This document shows, in pieces, positions 57,774 to 64,000 of a DNA stretch of 64,000 nt. The position numbers and the translations under genes were made by a program. How positions within the stretch are numbered: position 1 is the stretch's first letter; each line of letters begins with the position of its first letter. The notes below the pieces were generated by a model that was not told the origin of the DNA, ran no database searches, and worked only from the letters and a program-made list of their open reading frames with translations. Source of the DNA: Fidelibacterota bacterium. GTDB taxonomy: Bacteria; Fidelibacterota; UBA2242. The stretch lies in assembly GCA_049975265.1 (NCBI GenBank), contig JBNGDF010000007.1:1-64000 (forward strand). The letters run 5' to 3'.

Positions 57774-58421
57774 ATGAAACAGGTAACCCTGTCCCTGCCA
57801 ATCCGGGCGGGCGTCATTGAAGTAAACAATCTTACCGTTTCAGAAAATAGCGATGCGTATCAACAACTCATCGTGTGCGGCAACGGCTATCGCGAGAAAT
57901 ATGCCGGAATGCCCATCAGCGAAATTCCCGGTATCCAGAATGCCCGCCGGCTGTTTCGCGCCCTGGGCATCGAACCGACCAAATACCGCCCCGCTTCGGA
58001 AGCCATGCTGCGCCGCTTCCTCAAAGACAAAGCCGTATATTCCGTCAACAACCTGGTGGATGTCAGCAACTGGTGTGCAGTGGATTTTCTGCTGCCCAAC
58101 GGCGTCTACGACCGCGCAAAAATTGTCGGCGATATCGAATTGCGCCGGGGATTGCCAGACGAATCCTATCCGGGACTAAACAATCTGGAACTTCACATGG
58201 AAGGGCGTTATGTTCTGGCGGATGCACGGGGTCCGTTCGGTTCACCCAAAACCGATTCACAGCGGACCTGCGTCGATCTGAACACCACCGAAATCATCAC
58301 CATTATCTACGCGCCGGAAGATTACGATCCCTCGATTCTGCAGAGGCAATGTAATACATACGCCCAACGGATCGTGGAATATTGCGGCGGAGTTATTGAG
58401 CGATCTGTTATAATTACATAA
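57774..58421 (+). CDS. B3/B4 domain protein (PheRS editing-domain-like)
   Basis: PTKYRPASEAMLRR, NNLVD, D..GPFGSP. Confidence 0.85.
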   Translation: MKQVTLSLPIRAGVIEVNNLTVSENSDAYQQLIVCGNGYREKYAGMPISEIPGIQNARRLFRALGIEPTKYRPASEAMLRRFLKDKAVYSVNNLVDVSNWCAVDFLLPNGVYDRAKIVGDIELRRGLPDESYPGLNNLELHMEGRYVLADARGPFGSPKTDSQRTCVDLNTTEIITIIYAPEDYDPSILQRQCNTYAQRIVEYCGGVIERSVIIT

Positions 58422-59114
58422 CTAAAATTCCCACTTCAATCCGAGCGTCGGCATGAATTTCCAAGCAGCCCCGGCAGCGTAGATAAAATTCCGGCTGATC
58501 TCCACTTCGCCACCCAGCGCCAGATGTTTGGTGACATTGAACCAGAGCTGCGGCTCGGACAAAAGGACCAGCTGTTTGTCGGTGGAATCGGTATCGCCGT
58601 CGAAATTCTCCTGCCCCCAGAGATCCATAAAACCGCTAAATACCAGTTTATCGTTGCAAAATGTTTTTACCCATACCAGCGTCAGCTGGAAACTGCCCGG
58701 CTGTTTCTCGGCATGGCGGTAGAGCAGATCGGTGTTCAGGGTGATAATATTTAAATTCACAGGGTAGCTGAAACCGCCCAGCCAGACACTGCCGAAACCG
58801 CCGAGAGTAGTCAGACCATCGTTGTACTGGACAGTTGCGGTAAGCCTGTTCAGCGAGGGACTGTTTTTCAGAAACGGAAGCGCCACATAGCGGGCGATCT
58901 CCCAATATGCCAGCGAGGCGCTGCTGGTGCCGGAACCGTCATCATAGTCGATATCAACGAACCAAAAGGTTGCGCCAAAATCGTCTGGTCTAAACATCTC
59001 CAGCGTCGATGTGAGATAACCACGGTTTTCACCAAAATCATAATGCAACTGCAAATTTTGACCGGATAACCCGATCCAGATCAGCAGACTGCAGAGAACA
59101 AATCTTTTTTTCAC
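58422..59114 (-). CDS. DUF5020-like outer-membrane channel protein
   Basis: QNLQLHYDFG, TLEMF.PD..G.TFWFVD, SEPQLW, terminal WEF. Confidence 0.75.
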   Translation of the reverse strand: MKKRFVLCSLLIWIGLSGQNLQLHYDFGENRGYLTSTLEMFRPDDFGATFWFVDIDYDDGSGTSSASLAYWEIARYVALPFLKNSPSLNRLTATVQYNDGLTTLGGFGSVWLGGFSYPVNLNIITLNTDLLYRHAEKQPGSFQLTLVWVKTFCNDKLVFSGFMDLWGQENFDGDTDSTDKQLVLLSEPQLWFNVTKHLALGGEVEISRNFIYAAGAAWKFMPTLGLKWEF

Positions 59115-59238
59115 TGTAAGTACCTCTTTTCTTCAGATAACCCCGTAATTTACAGTCTTTTGTAATTCTGCCTACTAAAAATTCATTCCTAATTTCCCGG
59201 GTAACCTTTATATTCAAGCTGTTAAAGGGGAGGTTGCC

Positions 59239-59937
59239 ATGCCACACGCACCACGCTCAAAACTTTATCATCTTTGGGTTGGACTGTTACTGATTATCCT
59301 TGGAGTGCTTTTTCTCAGCGACTCGTTTCATCTCATCAACTTCGGACACCTGATATCCCGCTGGTGGCCGCTGATTCTCATCACTGTCGGTATTGTCCAG
59401 CTAAACGGTCGTGATCGCAGCGGCGGTCTTTTTCTGCTGATTATCGGCATACTGTTTCTGCTCACACAACTGCATGTCTTCAGCTGGGGACAGATCTGGC
59501 GTTTCTGGCCGGTCATCCTCATCGTGATCGGGGTAGGTATGCTGCTGAAGCATGCACCGCCAAAAATAAGTGACCGCGGTTTCGATTACTCTGCTGATAC
59601 CGATTCCGATGCGGACAGAATCAAGCTGGGTTCCGTTTTCAGCAATACCGAACGCCAGATCACCTCCCGGCAGCTGCGCAGCGGCGAACTCGACGCCGTC
59701 TTCGGAAGCCTGCGGGTGGATCTGCGCCAGGCTAAGATTGCTCCGGAGGGTTGTACACTGACAACCGATGCCGTCTTCGGCACCATCGATCTCTTTCTCC
59801 CGCAGGATATCAATATCAATTTTCAGGTCTCCCAATTCCTGGGACATGCCGAAAACCGGGCGGTCAGTACCAGCAGTGGACCGATCCTCACCATCCGGGG
59901 CGATGCTGTTTTCGGCAATATCCGCGTCACCAACTGA
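59239..59937 (+). CDS. LiaF-like membrane protein (DUF5668/DUF2154-like)
   Basis: Repeated WP.ILI TM segments and C-terminal VFG repeats. Confidence 0.75.
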   Translation: MPHAPRSKLYHLWVGLLLIILGVLFLSDSFHLINFGHLISRWWPLILITVGIVQLNGRDRSGGLFLLIIGILFLLTQLHVFSWGQIWRFWPVILIVIGVGMLLKHAPPKISDRGFDYSADTDSDADRIKLGSVFSNTERQITSRQLRSGELDAVFGSLRVDLRQAKIAPEGCTLTTDAVFGTIDLFLPQDININFQVSQFLGHAENRAVSTSSGPILTIRGDAVFGNIRVTN

Positions 59938-60137
59938 ATCCTGGAATCATCCGATCAGGGCGATTTTTCATCTCCAGTATAATCAGTCCTGATTTTTTTC
60001 ATTAAATACAATTGCATTAAGAAAAAACTCTGTGTAATTTATTTTCAGCGTTTAAGTGGTATTCCTATTGTTGCGAGAAGTTGCGGGCTTTGCCGTTCCG
60101 ATTGAACAACCATTAATACTCACTTGGCAGGCTCCCG

Positions 60138-60170
60138 AAGGACCTTCGCATCGCAGAAGGTCTTTCTTTT
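60138..60170 (+). terminator. Intrinsic terminator or attenuator hairpin
   Basis: AAGGACCTTC-gcatcgca-GAAGGTCTTT followed by CTTTT. Confidence 0.65.
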
Positions 60171-60197
60171 CAGGGCTTTCTTACGTATTTTTCCGGC

Positions 60198-61853
60198 ATG
60201 TACAACAGCTGGTTTCATATCCGCGCCATCGCCCAATACCTGCAGTCTGGACTGCCCGATGCGGTCATCAGCGACTGTTATACGTATCAAAAAGACGAAC
60301 TGGTCATTCGTTTCGCCGACAGCGACCCGTTGCAAGGCATCCAGCTGGCGTTCCACCCTCCTCTACCGGGTTTGCAGCCGGAAACAGAGCTCGCCCTGCC
60401 CAAACAACGCGTTGTGCTGTTCAAAGAGCTGACCGGAGAGCGAATTCATTCGGTCAAATGGCACCGTTCCGACCGGCAAATTCTGATCTCTCTGAAAAAC
60501 GATCCGAATTTTCTCCTGCTGCAACTGTTTGGGATCAACGGAAATGTGTTCCTGCTGGATCGGGATTTCAGAATTCTCGATTCCTTCCGCAAAAGCCGGA
60601 AGGAGATAACGGTGCAGGCTGCCGACTTTACAGCCCGGGATTCGCTCCATGTTCCGGAACCGGCATTCAAGCAGATTCTGGCGGACCATCCCGATCTGAA
60701 CATCATCCAGATTGTCTCCCGTCTGCCCATTCCGATTTTCGGAACGACTCTGACCGAAGAACTCTGCTATCGCAGCGGTCTGAGCGACAAAACGCTGGTT
60801 ACGAATTTATCAAATGAGCAGATCGGTAATTTTTTTCACCATTACAACCACATATTAGCGGAAATCGAACAAAACCGCACCTTCGTTTATGAATCAGAGG
60901 CTCCGCTGTTTTCACTATTGGCTCTGAAAATCCAATTATCGGTCCCCTGCGAATCCTTTACCGACCTCACCGCCGCCAGCCGGCATTATGTTGCGCTGTT
61001 TTATCAAACCTATAACCGGGAACAGCTGCGTAAATTATCAGCCGATCGCCTGACCCTCGCCCTGCAACAGTTTCAGCGCAGGCTCCGCCGTCAGGAACAG
61101 GAGCTGCAGAATTTACCCACCGCCACCGAATACCGTGAATGGGCAGATACCCTGCTGGCAAACATCCACCACCTTCAAAATTACACCGACACTATTAAGC
61201 TGCCGAAACTGACAAATCCAGGACAGACACTGCGGATTCTCCTGAATCCGAAACTCACCATTGCAGAAAACGCCAACAAATTTTACGAAAAAAGCCGCCA
61301 GATCGAAAATTCCCGCAAGGAGCTCCAGGATTCCATTCGGAATGCCCGGGAAGCGATTCAGACAATCAGCGCCCTGCTGGAAAGAGTTCGGGAGTGTCGT
61401 GATCTGAAAATGCTACAGCAGATTCAGCGCCAGATTCCGGTGCATCTTATTCAACAGCGCCCACACCCGGAGCCCGCCGAACGGGAACCCTTTTACCGCT
61501 TTTATCTGCAAAACCGGGAAATCCTGGTGGGAAAAAGCGCCCGGGACAATGACCTGCTCAGCTTCAAACACGCCCGCCCCGATGACTTCTGGTTCCATGC
61601 CGAGCACGGTCCCGGTTCCCACGTCGTCGTCCGGAATCCAGGGAAACAGGCGTCGCTGCCACCCGACATCATTGAGTACGCTGCCGGAGTCGCCGCTTTT
61701 TACAGCAAAGCCAAACATTCCGGATTAGTTCCGGTGATTTACACCAAGAAAAAGTACATCTGGAAACGCAAAAATATGCCGCCGGGAAAAGTATTTACGA
61801 AATTCACGAAGAGTGTGATTGTGAAGCCGCTGGATCCCCGCAAGTTATCATGA
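60198..61853 (+). CDS. rqcH: NFACT/RqcH (FbpA-like) ribosome quality control protein
   Basis: ENANKFYEK, VGKSARDND.L, WFHA...PGSHVV, AAFYSKA. Confidence 0.82.
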   Translation: MYNSWFHIRAIAQYLQSGLPDAVISDCYTYQKDELVIRFADSDPLQGIQLAFHPPLPGLQPETELALPKQRVVLFKELTGERIHSVKWHRSDRQILISLKNDPNFLLLQLFGINGNVFLLDRDFRILDSFRKSRKEITVQAADFTARDSLHVPEPAFKQILADHPDLNIIQIVSRLPIPIFGTTLTEELCYRSGLSDKTLVTNLSNEQIGNFFHHYNHILAEIEQNRTFVYESEAPLFSLLALKIQLSVPCESFTDLTAASRHYVALFYQTYNREQLRKLSADRLTLALQQFQRRLRRQEQELQNLPTATEYREWADTLLANIHHLQNYTDTIKLPKLTNPGQTLRILLNPKLTIAENANKFYEKSRQIENSRKELQDSIRNAREAIQTISALLERVRECRDLKMLQQIQRQIPVHLIQQRPHPEPAEREPFYRFYLQNREILVGKSARDNDLLSFKHARPDDFWFHAEHGPGSHVVVRNPGKQASLPPDIIEYAAGVAAFYSKAKHSGLVPVIYTKKKYIWKRKNMPPGKVFTKFTKSVIVKPLDPRKLS

Positions 61854-62003
61854 ATACCTTTACCACTGGTTACGGCGTTCCCACGCCGGAACCCAAATGA
61901 CCGATCCAGAGGAAAATCTGCGTCAAATCTGCGTCACGTCGCAGGAGCAACGTGACGAGTAGGGATTCAGGTGTAAGCGATGTGACGAGTGGGGGAAGTG
62001 AAT

Positions 62004-62037
62004 AGAAAAGCGCCCGGAATTTGAAGTCTCGGGCGCT
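62004..62037 (-). terminator. Intrinsic terminator of the GLUG gene
   Basis: AGCGCCCG/CGGGCGCT stem followed on the minus strand by TTTCT. Confidence 0.65.
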
Positions 62038-62059
62038 CGATTAATGATAAATGTAGATA

Positions 62060-63729
62060 TTAAGGTTTATTTGACAAAACAATATTCTGCAGATTTGTCT
62101 GGTTGCCGGATTGCAGCCGAACGATATAGACGCCGGTGCTCAAGTTCTGTGGCTGCCATACAAAGTCGTAAGTGCCCTTAAGTTTATACGTATTTTCAAG
62201 TACTTCTACTAACTGTCCGCGCATATTGTAAATCTGTAATGTCGTCTCGGCATCTTTCGTCAGGTTGTAACGCAGTGTCACTGCCGGGTTGAAGGGATTG
62301 GGATAGGCTTTCTGCAGACCGAACTCTGCCGGAACCGCAGCATCTTCGACCGGGATGGTGATCTCCACCGCATCGTGCCAGGCAACACTGCCGCTGAAAT
62401 CCACATCGCCCAGGCGGTATGCGTAACTCGCTCCCGGCTGAACCTGTGTATCGGTGTACCCGTAATCATGACGTTGGGTAGTGGAACCGTGACCTTCCAA
62501 TGCTGGATCGCTCAGATAGCTGACTACCTGATTCCAGTTTCCTGTCTCCTGTTTCCTCTGAATGATAAAGCCCAGGTTTTCGACCTCCGACTCCGTGGTC
62601 CATTCCAGGAGCACACCCCCATTCCGGCACTCCGCCGTGAAAGCGGTCAGTTCAACCGGCAGGGAGACATCCTCCCCATTTTCCCAACTGAGGAATGGAT
62701 AACCATCGTTTGTTGATCCGGAATTGTCCATATCCCAGTAATCGTTATCTTCGTTATCGTCATTCGGGTTTGTCTCAAAATCCCAGGCCGTTGTTAAACC
62801 GACAGTTGTTTCGTCAATAAAAGTTGCTACGTCTTTCATCTGCGTAGTGCTTTTGCCGGTTGTACCGAAATTATCATCTCCTGAACTATTTCCATCAATC
62901 TCATCAGTTTCCACATCCCAAAAGGAATTACTAATAGTGGAAGAAGAATTATCTCCCACGAGACCGCCGACATCTGTATTGCTGGTAACACTGCCTGTGC
63001 TGTAGGATTTTGAAATTTCATTATTATTTTGCCCCACCAATCCGCCAACATTATTATCACCAGCTACATTTCCAGTACTATAACAATTGCTAATTGGAGT
63101 TGTACTATAACCAACCGAGCCGCCAATATACAAGCTGGAACCCGTGACTGCGCAACTGCTATAACATTCGGAAATCGAATATGCGACTGAGATGCCGATT
63201 AGTCAACCCACATCGCTATATCCTGTTATTTGTCCGGTACTATAGCAATTTGATACACTGGAGGTTGCATCGCCAATTAATGCTCCTACATCATCATCAC
63301 CGGTAATGTCAACATTAATTAGCCCCAGATTATTAATTGTGTTCATCTCTGCATAGCCAAATAATCCAATATTATTCGTTGATGGGCGGTTAATATATAA
63401 ATCGTTAATGGTATAATTTTGACCATCATAATTACCAGTGAAATAAGTGTCACTGTTCCCAATCGGCGAAAAACCGCTGGTTCCACTACCGTCAGCGCTA
63501 CCATCGCCATCCCAGTCCACCTGGGTTTCATCGGTATTGAAAGAAATATCGGCTGTTTGAATGAAATAAGCACTCCAATCGCCGGAAGTGTTTGATAATT
63601 CAATTAAATCACTGGTTGTAGCAATCTGATACTCATCGTTACTCGTCCCAGAACCCCACTATAGGTTCCCGCAAAAGACAGAGTACAGCAGACAATCAAA
63701 CCACTCATTAATAAGATCTTAATTCGCAT
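62060..63729 (-). pseudogene. GLUG-repeat secreted protein with T9SS-like C-terminal domain; one frameshift and one in-frame stop
   Basis: ATG 63729 with AAGGAG SD and signal peptide; frameshift at G4 run 63654-63657; TGA at 63203-63205 in VG*LIG; VGGLVG repeats; LPVELTAF; AYPNPFNP. Confidence 0.8.
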
Positions 63730-64000
63730 GATAAGCTCCTTTAATAAATATCAAGACGATGTGATTACATAACCGAATCCTGTTTGGTGGTTACCTAAAC
63801 AGAAGACCGTCCGAATTTGTTACTAACAGTATACTTCTAATTATTATACATATTTAATAAACTAAGGATTTATTATTTGAATGTCAAATCACCTGGTGAT
63901 TTATATTTTTGCATATCTGGGAAGTGTGCTTAGTCTTTTCTGCAGCATCTTAGTTGAATATTAAAATGGAAAGATTTGAAACGAGAAAAGCGCCCGGGAT

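Noticed and set aside
61915..61995. Short repeats AAATCTGCGTC x2 and GTGACGAGT x2 as an att site or IS end
   Set aside because: No integrase, transposase or tRNA nearby; too short to support.
63203..63205. TGA recoded as Gly (code 25), Trp or Sec
   Set aside because: Many genes here end in TGA at conserved C-termini, the same gene also has a frameshift, and the TGA at 7372 replaces Arg, so simple nonsense mutations suffice.

Overview
Bacterial chromosomal window, almost all on the minus strand. FlgD/T9SS-like C-terminal domains, a bat operon and DUF4321 suggest an FCB-associated lineage such as Marinimicrobia, KSB1 or Calditrichota; this is an inference only. 0-15 kb is a surface-polysaccharide region: EPS-type MarR, SLC13 transporter, cysC, sat, PHP phosphatase, metF and a WbpA/B/D/E-type diacetamido-uronic acid pathway. 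It is interrupted by four-helix-bundle genes flanked by inverted microsatellites, REP-like palindromes, a decayed TA-like pair and a secreted GH-like protein. 15.6-21.3 kb is the most notable locus, a candidate uncharacterised RiPP system. It has two 45-aa precursor ORFs missing from the ORF track that share a YExPRI..K......QT motif. They flank an 800-aa secreted protein and are followed by an S24/S26 peptidase, a nucleotidyltransferase, a PqqD/RRE and an HprK-like kinase, with no lasso cyclase. Next come a DHH-like gene, an orphan DNA methyltransferase and wzc. 26-56 kb is housekeeping (lolA, ftsK, gcvT, ruvAC, batA-E, pur genes, truA, lnt, rel, dnaB, coaBC, rpoZ, gmk). The window ends with rqcH and a disrupted GLUG-repeat surface-protein gene. 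No rRNA, tRNA or CRISPR array was recognised.
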